Counted from the first letter of the stretch, positions 40,285 to 54,034 are shown. The stretch is DNA of 64,000 nucleotides from Chrysomallon squamiferum (GCA_012295275.1 CM022677.1:2604001-2668000), one strand, 5' to 3'. Translations and numbers: made by a program. The notes: generated by a model from the sequence alone, not told the origin.

Positions 40285-42757
40285 CATAATAAAACTAATG
40301 ATAATAATAAAAAAATTAATTATAACAGTTAAAAGGAAGAAACATTTTTAACTTTGCAATGTAACCAACTAAGAAATGAAAATATAAAAATAACACACTA
40401 AATAAAATAATATGTGTATGTATGTTTGTATATTTAAGTGTGTATGTGTATGTGTGCGTGTTGAAGTAAATAGAGACACATAATTAACAATGAATTATAA
40501 ACAAAACTGCACACATTAAACTTTCAGAACCAGGACAAACAACAACAAACCCACCTATAAAAAAAATAACCATGGAAGACATAAAAACCACTAACTCAAA
40601 TGATTCAGAAATGAAAATTAGGATTTTCAAAATACAGCAGGTTAAAAAGGCCAAATCTGATTTTAAAAAAAGAAAAAGTTGACCAGAAGCAAAAGGCGAT
40701 AAATAAAAAAACAATATAAATCACCAACAAACTCTCAGACAAAACCCTGAATGGAAAATAATAAAAAAGTGGACATTCTGGTATCCTTACAAACAAACAT
40801 ATATACCACAGCATACAAATACAGAACAAAGCCAATCTCCAAACAGAAAAAAAACTGAGATATCTTAACAAGGCACAAATCTCCTCAATCAGCAAAACAG
40901 CAGAAATCATAACAAAAAGTGACAACCGAAGGAAAATTTATTTACAGATGAACACAAAACTCTTAAAGACTTTTGGTTCCAGTGTAAACATCTGGCATCA
41001 ACATTTTCTTACTGGAAATTACCTTCACTAATCCTGAAACTCTGAATCAGCAAAATAGTAAAACAGTCTGCACATCAACAACAACAACAACAACAACACA
41101 AAGCCAAATGAGTGAAAAAAAACAAGACAACAATTAAAACATACCTTTCACAACAGTTCAGTTTTTAAACAACAGTCAGCCATATTGAAATGGAGAACAG
41201 AGTTGGTGAATGTTAAATAGTAAACAAATAAAATAAACAATAGTTACACCTTTCATCATCAAAAAACAAAATCATTGTAGTAACAAACTACATAACAACA
41301 ACTTTACCAAACTCAGAATCAGCTACTGCACCAATCTAAACACAATCAAATTCAAACACAAAATAAACACAACACCAAACTGTAGATGTGGAATTTCTGA
41401 AACCATGAAACATTACTTAGTTCTCTGTTCACATTCTGTCCTAATGCTCCATTACTTTTTCAATGAATTAAAAATTGAATTTACACTTAAAAACATCTGG
41501 CTTGCAACTGTGAAAAACTGAGAGCCAAACTTTAATTCAAACAAATAAATAGATACAAATGGTTGATTAAATAAATTCAAAAACATAATATAAAATAACA
41601 AATTCAAAAAATAAATAGCATACACAGTAACAAAGAAAACAAAAAGCAAATACATCAACACAAAACAATTATATAAATTAATTAATTAACAGATCAACTG
41701 ACTCACCAGCTGATAGATTGGCTGACACAGAGTTTCAGAAGATATTTTAAAAATTCCACATTTTCTTGGCACAAGGAAGTAAACTGGTTCTGGCTGGAGA
41801 GGGCTGTTTGGAATGTGAACTTTCTGTCCAAAGTTACAAAAAAAATTGCAGACTGTAGCAGGAAATGAACTGGGAAGATGTTGACAAACACGGGTTATAT
41901 CAGCTGCAGTAATTACAATTTTAAACTTCTCTATCAAATTGTTACAAATTTTCTTTCTGCTTCCACAATGTGTAGATGCTCAAATTCCTCTCCAAACACT
42001 CTCATTTTCTCTTCTGCTGGAAGACTGGCAGTTTGCTCTATCTTCTCACTGTTAGCACTGCCAGCAGAGATCTGTTTTGGGACAATAAAAGGAACACAAA
42101 TGTTACACAGATTGATAAATGATGACCTAAAAAGGATTAAAAATCAGTGTCAGTGACATTAAACTGACAAGACAAACTGAAGAAGACAGCTTTTTCTAAA
42201 AAATAAAACTGAAAACAAAATTTAAAATAACAAACAAAAACATACTGCAATATAAAATCAGTTAATCTAAGAATTCATTGAATATCCTTAAAATTATATT
42301 TACTCATTTAAATATGTTTCAGGACAGATTCCAGTAAATATCACTTAATCTGTTACAAAAATTACACATTATTCAAATGAATTCTTACCCTGTGCAATAG
42401 CAGTCTGTTGATACTCCCTCCAAAGAGAAGATTTAGTCTCATATGTAGACAGTATTTTCAAATCACTCCCTTTGAATCCTGCAACTGACTCAGACAAAAT
42501 TAGTCATATTCTTGAGGAAAATGCCACAGAAATTGAACTATCCTTTCTCTGTCTTCACATGTAAAAGTGTGTGAATTAATTTTCTTCTGCCAGATTTCTT
42601 TTCTCTCTTGGAGTTACCCCATTCAGTCTGCAATGCTTCAATAAAGCTGTGAGTTTGCTCTGACTTATGCTGTTAACAAACAATAAAAGATATAAGCAGA
42701 CTCCTATAAACCCACCACAAACACAGACATACACACACACAGACAGACACACACACA

Positions 42758-42818
<61 letters not shown>

Positions 42819-43301
42819 ACACACATTCAAATGTACCCTATAAAAATGAAGGAGAAATTACAAATTACCTGCTGCTTAAATAGAAAAAAATACTAATGAA
42901 ATTCCCATACAAATTCTCTCTGCTTTGTTCATTGAAATCTTTTGTAGACTTGCCAGAAGTATCATATCCTTTTCTGCTGCAAAACAAAAAAAAATCTAAT
43001 TTCTTATAACACTGACACAATGGTAAATTATTTGCAATAACTGTCCTAATCCAGATGAAAAAAAATATATATAAAAATCATTTTAATGAGTCTTGTTTAT
43101 CCACATAAAATATATTACAATAGATTTAACATTTAAAATGTTTTGATTTCCAAATTTAATTCTATAATCTCTAACATGAATAAATAATATTACTCCAGAA
43201 GAACTTACTTTTTTTATCTTATGAATATCTATGACATTTTCAACTTGAGACAAATATCACGTCGTTCAAGCTGATGATTATTCAAGTTATGTCACTAAGT
43301 A

Positions 43302-43557
43302 CAAGGCTCGAAATTAAAAAACAATAATTATGGGTTAGTCGCCCAAAAAATATGTTTTCGGTCATCTCTTTTCTCTGTAAGTTATAACACAAGAGCCACT
43401 ATTAATAATTTTATCGCAGATATTTTTTTCACATACAAGGTTTGCTCATAGTTCGATAAATTGGACGTATAGGCTTATCTTAATTTGCCAACATCTAAAA
43501 TGAAATATGAAAATTCTTTATTAACTAAAATAGCCATAACAAATTTCGACCTTCCCA

Positions 43558-43612
<55 letters not shown>

Positions 43613-44291
43613 TTATACACCTGGATTTTTCAAAAGAAATACAAATTAAAGCAACGTGAAATGACGACAGTGAGTAAAGTTTAGCGCGTGACAAAAACAC
43701 GAAAATCAATAACGTTTCTCTACAAAATAAGCAGGGATTCATCTTTCTTTTTAGTATTGTTTAATTTAATTTTTATTTTTATTTATTTTTTATTCTGGGT
43801 AAGTAACCCTTCTGGAATTGAAAAGGAAAAACAGTAGCAAATACAAGGTTATAGAGTTATCTCCCAAGATAACTTGTTCCGTTAACCAACCGATAATTAT
43901 TTAACTTAACGGTCTAAAAGTTCGTTAGATTTGTTGGCTGTCTTCAGTTTAGCCAATTAATGCTTGAATTGAAAAGGAAAAACAATAGCAAACACTTGCT
44001 TATAGAGTTATCTCCTATGATAACTTGCTCCGTTAACCAACCGGTAATTTTTTAAGGTATGGGTTCGAAATGTTCTCTGGTTTCACTTTAGCATTAGTGT
44101 CTATAAATAGATGTCGGCAAATAAGGTAAGCCGATACACCAACTTATGGAATTATGGGCAATCCTTTTATGTGAATTAAATATTTGCGATAAAATTTGTG
44201 GGCGATAAACCCATACGTTTTTTAACACCCTAGTCGCCTAAACGGAACTGCTCGCATTTGGTGACCTGGCGATTGGTCATTTCGAGCCCTG
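43302..44291. mobile_element. ~990-bp non-autonomous TIR element (hAT-like MITE)
   Basis: Termini CAAGGCTCGAAAT...ATTTCGAGCCCTG. Subterminal inverted blocks at 43329-43349/44195-44216 and ~43409-43497/44108-44194. Internal ~85-bp direct repeat at 43816-43898/43966-44049. No clean TSD seen. Confidence 0.75.
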
Positions 44292-44455
44292 CATTAGCAT
44301 GGACCAATGATTTAAAAATAAAATAAAAATAGGAATCTGATTGTTTTCATACATAATAGTACATATTTTAGAATTTGAATGCTTTTTGTTTTAACGAAAA
44401 GAGTGAAAACTTAATTTGAAACATAATTTTTTATACGGCCGGTTGAAGGATCTTT

Positions 44456-44486
<31 letters not shown>

Positions 44487-45215
44487 CTAAAACTGCATCA
44501 AGCGTTTTAATGAATGTAATCATTCAAATAACACGTAACCAATTTTTTTTCTTCGTGTAATACGACCTTTAATGCATTGAAAAAAGAAATAATAATTATC
44601 AAAAAACCCAACAAAAAAGGAACAGTCCGCTGTGGAGTTTTAGCAGAGTAACGTGTTCACATGGTATGTTCCCAAAATTGGCAGTCTCCAGATTAGGTAA
44701 GCGGTGAGGTGTTCTAATCCACTTCCAGAAATGGGAAAACTGGCGTGAATAATTAAGGCCAATTTAGACGCATAGGGATAACGAGATGTGTGAAGAACAG
44801 ATGGGGCGATTAACGAGATTAATGAAATTAATGTTATATCTCAGTAAAATTTGGAGACAGGAAATACTACTAGAAGAGAAGAACAAGCTCTTCCAGCTGG
44901 GACTGGAGTACGTCACGTGTACCCGGGACACGGCTTCCTACTTGTCAGCTTGCGGTGGAGAGTTTTCTGGGACATTTCGTGTATAAAGTGTGACTGAATG
45001 TGCTTTCAAATTGTGGACAAAATACTGTTTAACAAAAGTACATCAATTAAGGTGACGGAACACCAATTAAAAAGGGTGAGCAATAAACTGCCAGAAATGG
45101 TCAACAACTGGCGTTTCCCATTAAGATGTGTTATATCTCACTGCCAGAATCGGGAATAAACCGTTCACATCATGAAAACAATCATCTTCATATTCATGCG
45201 CCAGTGTCTCTGTAA

Positions 45216-45273
<58 letters not shown>

Positions 45274-45337
45274 CTGAAAAGAAATATGTAGTACGATACG
45301 TGTACGAGATGATTTGCACTAATAAAGATAACGATTG

Positions 45338-45520
45338 TTGTTCATATTACCAAACCATTTTCAACTTAATCAAAGTTTTCAAACTGAATTATTTTTCGTA
45401 CAAATGCGTGCATAATAAACTGAAATTATAATTCTGTAAAAGATTAACTTTTCCAGCTGTAAATATTCCCCCTGTCAGAACGTAGCAGAAAAGAACATTC
45501 AGGTTTTACTTCTACGCATT
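45338..45520 (+). repeat. Direct-orientation copy of module 22243-22440
   Basis: gttcatattaccaaacc...ttttcaacttaa...gcataataaact(a/g)aaattataattc...aatattcccc...cagaaaa...aacattcagg is shared. Confidence 0.88.
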
Positions 45521-45693
45521 AAATCGGCGAAATTTCTGGAGGATTTTTTCCGTGACATAATTTGTCCCGTTACGAGTTATCGTTCCTTTTGGTCCATTCT
45601 ACCTGCATCTTTTCTTTCAGATTAAGAAATCTGTTTGTAATATAATTGTTATTTTAATATTGTTTAAATATTTCAGACAGAGCATGTGACTAA

Positions 45694-46125
45694 TTACATC
45701 TCAGAAAAATGTCCACAGATACTGGATTCAAATGATATAGTCACTACTGAGCCACCACATGTAACATCTACTGTAACATTGTCAGATACCAGTCTGATCA
45801 TCTTCCAGACGACACAGATTTCCCCACTGTCATAGCCGTAACCCAGCATTAAATCTTCCCAAACATCTCCCCAATAATGAGAATCAGTTTTGTAAACCGT
45901 AAGTGAGAATGTTGATCGAGTGTTCCATTTACTTGTTGCCCTTGTAGTGAGAGCGGGATGTGAATATGACAGCTGATGTAAATGCTGCTCCTGTAAGACG
46001 CTCATCTAGGTTACGAGATGGTCAGGTTATTAATCCTCATAACCTACCCCTCTCTCCAGTTGCCGAGGATGGCAACATTCTAAGTTGTATGGTCATGTGA
46101 CAAGACCATATATGGTAACTGCTGC
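45694..46125 (-). pseudogene. Unidentified coding-like segment
   Basis: GC-richer, with a long open frame (TFSLTVYKTDSHYWGDVWEDLMLGYGYDSGEICVVWKMIRLVSDNVTVDVTCGGSVVTISFESSIC). I do not recognise the family. Confidence 0.3.
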
Positions 46126-46159
46126 CTGGAATTTAAGGGCAGACATTCGCAGAGAGCAA

Positions 46160-46530
46160 AAGACTGGTGTTCAACTCATTATTCTTTTTCGTTTTTTATT
46201 AGCTGTCATTCTTATTTTCTAACGGTGCCCATCCAATATTAGAATATGTTATTAATATTTCTATCAATTTCGCCATCGTTGAGGTCACAGCGGTCCTAGC
46301 TTTATTGCGGGTATTCCTTTTTATTCTTTAGCGCTTTTAATTAAGTATTCCTCATACTTTCTGAGGGGGCGCATCACCTATTAAAATATATTATTAATAT
46401 TTCCATTAATGTCGCCGTCGTTGCCGTCGTACCAGCATTGTTCTTAACGTCTTGGTGTACTACTCGTTATTCGTTTTCGCTTTTTGTTCGCTATTGTTGT
46501 TATTTCGTGACAGTGCACGTCCTATATATC
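46160..46530 (+). repeat. ~140-bp unit array
   Basis: Includes ctgagggggcgcatcacctattaaaatatattattaatatttccattaatgtcgccgtcgttgccgtcgtacc, nearly the same subtype as 24230-24300. Confidence 0.85.
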
Positions 46531-46754
46531 TTATATCTGTATGAACCAAAGTATAATTAAACAAATAAGATAATCCTGGGTTTCTTTATAACCACGTTTC
46601 TTCTTATTATTATTCAAATGAATAGCCAAATTAAATTTCACATTTAATTATTCATATATTTAAAAATTCAGTCAGTATAAAGACAAATTTGCTTACCTTG
46701 CTTACAGCTGCACGAGTTGTGAAGAAAACAGATAAATAATTTAACTTTAATAAT

Positions 46755-47760
46755 TTATGAAGGACAAGGAACATTAGCTGAACAAGACTTGGTAATTCTG
46801 TTATTACTGGTGATTTGGTTCCACATCTGCCCAATGTCTCAACATGTCACTGAACAAAGGCCAATCTATTTATAATCAGTCCATGATGCCCATATTTAAG
46901 ACGACATGATTGAGGATCTCTTTGTATCTGTGGACATCTGTCAGCCTTTGTTATTCTCAAGAATATGCTTCTGTTTTATTTTGTTCTGTTTCACCTTGAG
47001 GACTACAATCACCACCACGCAATACATCATTATTACATACTCTTCTTCTAGTCCGAGTCCTTGAACCATTGGGACCACATATTACTGAACATGTACTTGG
47101 TGGTATATAACCTGTCTTGGAACCCCCAAAAGGACACATTGGTTTAGTACAAGGTACTCGGCTGGTGTTAGTTTGAGGAGATTTGGCACCACAACCGTTT
47201 TTGGTAGCAACATCATTGATGCAGATTCTGGTTATTGAAGCCGATATTGTAATTCCTGTTCCACAGCTGGCAGATAAATCACCATATGTAAATTCGGACC
47301 ATGGACCCGAGTATGGGCAAGTATATGCTTAGATTCTTGCTTAGTTTCGTTTTGAGGTTAAGTAGCACCACAAGCATTATTTTGGCCATTGTATTTATTG
47401 CAGATGCTCATCCGTCGTTCTGTCCACTGACCACCAGGACCACATGTTACTGAACATGGAGTTATTGCTGTGAAGTCTGACCAATGTGACCAGTCTGGGC
47501 ATGGTTTTGATGGACAAGCACAACAGTTCTGTCTACATCAGGGGACTTTGCACACAACCAGTTTTAGAGGGGATGTCATTCTGACACGTTGTTGTTGTTG
47601 CCTGAGTTCTGTTTATGCTATTACCACACGAGATTTGTCATTCGATGTAAGTATATCCTGACAATGCTCCCTTGTTTGCAGTGCTGGTGAACGTGAACAA
47701 CAACCTGTTCGTTTAGCTGTAACGTTACTGCATACTCTCGATACCGTTGTCATTGTTACA
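46755..47760 (-). pseudogene. Intronless multi-TSP1-repeat pseudogene
   Basis: About 5 consecutive repeats without introns: WSHWSDFTAITPCSVTCGPGG..., GPWSEFTYGDLSASCGTG..TRICIND, STCSVICGPNGSRTRTRRRVCNND, WASWTDY...CSVTC. Stops and frameshifts are present. Confidence 0.85.
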
Positions 47761-47789
47761 AATTCTGATGCTGCGTGTTGTTTCGCTTT

Positions 47790-48543
47790 TTATAAACTAT
47801 TGTACTGTGCGCACCCTATATTAAAAAAATATTATTATTATTACTATCACTGTCGCCGTCGTTGGCGTCGTGTCTGCGTTGTCCTGCACGGTATTCTTGT
47901 CTTTGTCATTATTCTTTTGAGGTTTTTATTAACTGCTGTCCTTAATTTCTTTGTGTGTAGATCCTATTTCAAAATATACTATTGCTATTTGTATTCATGT
48001 CGACGTCGTTGCCGTCTACCTGCGTTAACGTTATTAGTTTAATTATTGTGCTGTCTTTTCATTAACTATTATTATCACTTGTTTAGTGTGCGCTTCCTGC
48101 ATTACAATATATTATTATTACCAGTACTGTTAAAATGTACAATTACTTTGTGTTCTGTTAATGACGATGTCATTGCCGTCGTGGCTGCATTGTTCTTAAC
48201 GTTTTTGGTTTCCTTCTCTTTATCCTGTTGCGCATGTTAATAACGTTGTTAAACTTTCGTATTTTATTATAGTCGCCGTAGCTGGCGTCGTGTAGGAGTT
48301 GTTCTTCACGCTTTTGGAGTAGTTTTAGTTATTCTGTTCCGCTTTTTATTACGTGTTATCCTCACTTTGTTAGTGTGTGCATCCCACATTAAAATATATT
48401 ATTATTGTTTCTATTAATGTCGCCGAGGTTGCTGTCCTGTCTGCATTGTCTATAAAAATGTTGAACTACTTCTCGTTATTTTGTTGCGCTTTTTATTAAC
48501 TATTGTTCTTACTTTCGTAGTGTGCGCACCCAGTATTAAAATA

Positions 48544-48589
<46 letters not shown>

Positions 48590-48680
48590 GTCGCCATCAC
48601 CGGAGTCGTGCCTGCGTTGTACTCCTAGTTATGTTGTCTTTTTCAGTAACTGTTATTTTTACTTTTATAGTGTTAAAATG
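47790..48680 (+). repeat. ~146-bp unit array
   Basis: Cores at ~47845, 47992, 48158, 48266, 48412 and 48582. Confidence 0.87.
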
Positions 48681-49059
48681 TTTCAGATAATACCTTCCTT
48701 TTACGACTGTCTGCTATTCATCATCAAGAAAAGATAACTCTCTCTTTAGATAGTTTCATCTCAGTATTACTTATTTTTCTTTTACATACATGTATGTGAT
48801 TCAGCGTGGCTTGGGTAACATTTTAGTGAGTGTTTGATGACTAAATGCATGTATTCAGAACGATTACTAAACCAAAAAATAAAATAAATCACGGCCGTTT
48901 ATACGACAAAATAAAAACTACAAACTGTCGTGATTCCAGGGAAATAACTCTGAGATGTTAACAAAATCTGACATTAACATTTCTTAACACAGTTAACAGT
49001 AAAAATCACCGCTCAACCAGCAATTAATTCTCACCTTTTTCTTTTTGCAGGTAATTAAG

Positions 49060-49360
49060 CCGCTTATTTTCATTACGCCGTGTAAAATTATCATTTATGA
49101 TTGTCATTAATATCTAACAGATTATCTCTGATTATCAATATTTTATAACATTTAAGTTCGACGTACAGTAAAATTACACCTTTTTAGTTCACGATTTAGA
49201 ATTAGTAAAATTATCACATTACTAAAACATACGCTGTATTTTCTAAAACAGTGTGTTAATATTACCGCTACATCTCTGTTGAGAAACTAATGACGTCTAA
49301 TACAGATAGTGATGACTGCGTTAAAACTGCAAGTGTTATTTTCATGACGCCGTGTCAAGT
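49060..49360 (-). repeat. Inverted, diverged copy of 26085-26405
   Basis: The reverse complement matches acacggcgt...tattagat...tttctcaacag...gcggtaatattaacaca...ttttactgtacgt.gaacttaaat. Confidence 0.85.
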
Positions 49361-49449
49361 ATCTGTGTGTTTCTCTGTGTCTGCTGAACATTAATCTTAC
49401 CTTTCAGCAACTTCTTTTCAATGATCCATTTCCCCATCCACGCAGTAAT

Positions 49450-49745
49450 CAGGTGTACATCAAGACGCTAAGAACAATACTGGAACGACGGCAATGACGG
49501 CCTCATTAATAGATATTTTTTTTAATGTCGGATGTGTACACTAATTGTAATACTTAATAAAAGACAAAATAATAAGTTGAACGTTGAAAACATCGCCGTT
49601 ACGACGGTGATGACGACGACATTAATAAACGTAATAATAATATATTTTAATATAGGACGGGCCGGGTCAGAAAATATAAATAACTGCGAATAAAAAAGCT
49701 AAAAGAAATGACGAGGAGTGCACCAACAACTTTAGGAACGGCGTT
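49450..49745 (-). repeat. ~140-bp unit array, inverted
   Basis: aagaacaat..tggaacgacggcaatgacggcctcattaatag and acgacggtgatgacgacgacattaata. Confidence 0.85.
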
Positions 49746-52234
49746 TTTGTAAACACCGATGTGAAAACAACTGTGATTTCTTCAAATGTAAATTCTCTTA
49801 ACCCACTTGATCGCTGACTGTAAATCATAAAACAAAAGACTTGAATTGATATAAAGAACATGTTTTTATTAGTTTGCGTACATTTCAATAAAAATATTTC
49901 AGCTAACAATACAGCCGTTTATACGACCAAACTTAGATCGACCAAAATTTTTTGTTGTTTGTGATGAATTTACCAGTCCTCTGATCAAAAACAATTCTAG
50001 GCCTCCGAAAAAGGAAATATTTTATTATAAACAACAATTAATATTAATATTATTTTTTTTTTTTTCCCAAAAAATTAATGTCCTTCTTATATACTGAAAA
50101 ATTATGGTCTTTAATAATAAGTTATTTTATTATTAACAATAATAAGAACATACAGAAAGGCGTGAAGTTCTAGATGAATGCTGTATTTACTATTGTATTG
50201 ATATTACTGAAAATTAACTGTGCACCTTTCAGTGTCACAGTGTGATACTTTGTTTTATTGTAACATGACATTCCGCGACACAATTTACATCTCTCTCTAC
50301 ATGAAATTACATGATTAATCTAACATTCAAATTTACCAAATTATGTAATTAAGAATATATGAGATTATTTTCTTAAAACACTGAGAAAACTAAGTTAATA
50401 TAACTGATAATCTCTAATTAAAGTAATTTAAAATTAAAGCAAATATCATGATGTATTATATATATTCAGCTTCGTTTTCATATTCGTTTCTAAATATGTG
50501 AACAACTGAGAATTGACAGACAAGTCTGCCAATTTCATACAATAAATCAATTAACAGTTACTTAAATTGGGAAATTAATAATTAAACTGTAAGGTACATC
50601 TGAGTTATTTAGTGCAATTAATTAAAATTTGTTAATTTCTGCATCATGCTTTAAAATTCTGTTGAGCTTTAGAAATCATCATTTTGATATAAAACTGGTT
50701 TGAAACTGTATTAGATATTCAGTATTCTGTTTGCCAAATGACTGAAATGAATCTCAGATTTTTCCAGATTATGAAGGAAAAATATCAAGCAAATTTTATT
50801 CTGATAAAAATTCTCCAGTTTTTTATTTTATTTTTATTTTATTTTATTTTATTTTTTTTTTGTCATTATTTTTGAGATATATACTTTAAAAGATAATTAT
50901 ATTTTTGAAAATACTATTACATAGCTGCTAAATATAATTACACAATAATTTAAATGAAAAGCAAAATATAACTGATTACTCTGCTGATTGATCAGTAAAA
51001 ATTCAGCAAAATTTTTACAAAAAAAAAATTACACTCGAGTCTTGTGACAAGATTCTACATCGTATTGTTTAATAATTCATTTTCGATTATCTGCCCTTGA
51101 AAACTTTCCATAAAGCAGACGACGAAACATTTTACAAACTAAATTACAAACAAGTACTCCAAAGTATATAAAGAATACAAAAAAAAAGCAAAAAAACATT
51201 TCAAGAAAGTAATATTCTACCATTACCTGTATATATAAAGAAGTCAAATCTTCGTGATTCTTAGAATCTACATTTAACTGAAAAAAAAAACATAAATAAC
51301 AAACACCGCAAATAAAAGAGAAATCGCGCCTCCCCCCGAAATAATATATTATATGAAATTATATGAGAGTAGTCTCCCTTCAGCTATAGTTTGTTTCTTT
51401 CTTCTGTTTGCGGGGTTCTCGGTGCAGGTCACTGCACACCACAGAAAATAGCTGATAACGAAACGTCGTATATAGCTGTATAATGAGTTATAAATGTAAA
51501 TGTGTAGGTACGTTCCAGGAATATCAACTTTTCATACAATATAAACAATATACCGTATATATTAATATGATCAGTAATTAAAATATAAACAATAAAAATA
51601 AATACAGTGGACGCTGTCAAAACCGGATGATTCATTGAGACCAACGTTTTCTCTGTGATTTTCTACAGTTGCATGTAACATATGTGTGTATAGCTAAATA
51701 GTTTTGTTTACACTGGAAACAAGTGCAAATCTAATAATAATCTTGTTCATCTAACTGCATATTATATTACAAGAAGCTTGATATCATTGTTTGTTAAGCC
51801 ATCGAAGAAGAGCGATCATTTTATCTCACGCGCTAGTCTAATTATGTTCAAATTGCCATCAGTGTTTAAGAAATGATCTCCTTTTACAGTTAACACTTTA
51901 ATTTTCATATCAAGAACAAAGAATACAACACCAGGCATGTTTATATCGGTTTGTCCGCATTCGTATATTTTTTTGTTTGTTCTTGTTATATTCTTATTGT
52001 TGCTGTCGTTGTATCTTATACCTAAAGCCAAAGTGTAACATTTACACTGATTCTAAGAAGTTGAAGACACTCAAGCTACAAGACGTAATCATTATATTTT
52101 GAACGAGAGTAATCATTTTTTTTTTTTTTTTTACATAAATGCCTATGGAAAATATTTACAAACCAAAAGTTAATCAATAAGCAAGAAATCTCTTTCTAGG
52201 ACCTGCGCACTTTAAAAGTTACACTGTATTTCAT

Positions 52235-53732
52235 TTATTCTTCTGAATTTGTGGACCATGGCCGCTTGAATTCATGTCCCTTTTCTAGAAATCAGTATGT
52301 GGCCACCCATTTAGAGCCAAACAGAACGGGACAAGCTCCATGAATTGTCATTTTGTTAGGAGAACCATTCCGATAGAAATTATACCAAAATATAGCTGCA
52401 CCTGCTTTAGGTTGTATTCTTACACCAAGATGAAGAAACACTGTTGCACCTCCTTCTACATCAGTCAAATAGTTTAACCACGTGGCAATTCTGTTTTCAC
52501 CGGAAGAATATGCTATGTTGAAATAGTCAGTATGAGCCGTGAACTGTCCGCCTATTCCATAGTTTGCCACCTGAAGTGGCTCTGAAGCTTTCATTGAAAG
52601 ACCTGTGATTGCTTCAATTCTTTTCTGACTTCTCGTGTCTGCTTCTATGCAACCTCTTCTTTGACATGTATGTTTGTTAATTCTTTTCTCAGATTTCACA
52701 TGTTTTGCATAGTAATCAATTTCATATGTTTTTAAAAGTGGCATAGAAACTGTTTTAATGTCTTCAATTTCAGCATCACTGAAAAAAATCATGATAGAGA
52801 GCAATTTTCGGTGAGAAAAGCAGAATCTCTTCTTTAGCAGGCTTAAGAATTAGAAGCAGATTTTTGATATTGCAATAGTAGCGACATTTCAGACGATGTC
52901 GCTGTCGTACTTTAATAACGTCTTCACCACGACAGATAGCATCCAAAGTTGTTTTTTCTTTAACTTGGCATTTCCTTTTAACTTTTCTTTCCTAAGTTTT
53001 GATATACTTAAATACTTTTTCCTTCTGTTCGGAGCACGTTTTTGTCCACGAGCTAACATTAACTGTTCATATGTCAGATTTAAAACTTGTTCTATCTGTC
53101 CCGCTAATTCTCTACCGTGTATTTCATAGCCATGAATTTTTTCTGTTCTTACTTTCTCAAGACTTGTCTCCATCCAGATATGCACATATTTGTATTTTTT
53201 CATTTTGTATGCAAGGCGACCTAATTGATAACAGTCTTCTGCTGATAATCTCTGTATATATCGTTCATATATAAAACCTTCTGTTAATCTTGTAGCATTT
53301 AATTTGTACGTGTCTTGAAGTCGAAACAGAGCTGCAGCTACCCCTTCTAAATCTTCGTAACTTGGAAGATGTTCACGAATTTCTTGTAGTTCGGTTAATT
53401 CTGTCTGGGACGTAATACTTTCGTGAAGAATAGGCTGAACATCTCGTTCCCAGTCCAAAGAGAAACGTTTAATATATAAAAATGTACCAATTTGGTTGGC
53501 TTTTTAACGATTTGGATCTTTTAGTGCGATCGAACAGTACTATTCCATTTGATCTGAAATTATTTTCAACTTTTCCATTTTAGTTCTTCCTTCATAAACA
53601 TGACTGAAATTTCTTAATGCTGTTCCCAAGTCTCTTCCTGCTAGTACAGACCTGTAGAGATGTGAAACGGACGTAAACAGTTCTGAATTCACAGCTTAAA
53701 AGCAAAACTAAAATAGTGTACTGCTGATGCAT
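52235..53732 (-). pseudogene. P4HA: Full-length intronless prolyl 4-hydroxylase alpha pseudogene (processed retrocopy)
   Basis: ATG at 53732 with a signal-peptide-like start, then ELFTSVSHL...KDP...KRFSLDWE...LPSYEDLEGVAAALFRLQDTYKL...LSAEDCYQLGRLAY (N-terminal and TPR domains) and the catalytic domain LQVANYGIGGQFTAHTDY...RIATWLNYLTDVEGGATVF...HGACPVLFGSKWVA. It has several stops (including TGG to TGA at 52292) and frameshifts, no introns, and a poly(A) remnant at ~52116-52132. Confidence 0.95.
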
Positions 53733-53963
53733 ATTTGAAGGTATCTACTACTGATATGAATTCAAAATATCTGGTATAAAAATAGACGTTTTAATTCTAA
53801 ACATATGTTAGTTTAAATTTCGCAGACAAAGTGTGGTGGGGGCGCATAAAGTGACATGTTTCATTATTTTATATTTCATTTTCTGTTTATTTTATTTATT
53901 TTATTATTTTTACTTTTTCTTATTTGTTGTACATTTGTTTTTGTCTTTGAGTTTATGTGTGTA

Positions 53964-54034
<71 letters not shown>

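Larger units (their letters stand above)
30780..42975 (-). pseudogene. Multi-exon LRR gene, copy 2 (LRRC41-like), disrupted and interrupted
   Basis: Exons include 42869-42975 (SLQKISMNKA), 41707-42070 (...FLKYLLKLCVSQSISW), 36753-36972, 35450-35703 (NLKHVSLRKAEL...LATINLDGL), 35090-35274 (HKIKLSANWITDL), 32533-32621 and a probable last exon ~30790-30838. Many stops. The exons at 32533-37400 duplicate those at 16238-21010. Confidence 0.55.

Noticed and set aside
45694-46005. Fibrinogen-, SRCR- or ZP-domain assignment
   Set aside because: Only fleeting motif similarity, and the diagnostic residues are missing.
47790-48680. ~145-bp arrays as a CRISPR-like or coding (YDGNDGDINRN) repeat
   Set aside because: The whole monomer is homologous between units, so there are no unique spacers, and reading frames are broken by frequent stops and indels.
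52235-53732. P4H as a giant-virus gene
   Set aside because: It has the animal P4HA N-terminal and TPR domains plus a poly(A) remnant, and no viral core genes are nearby.
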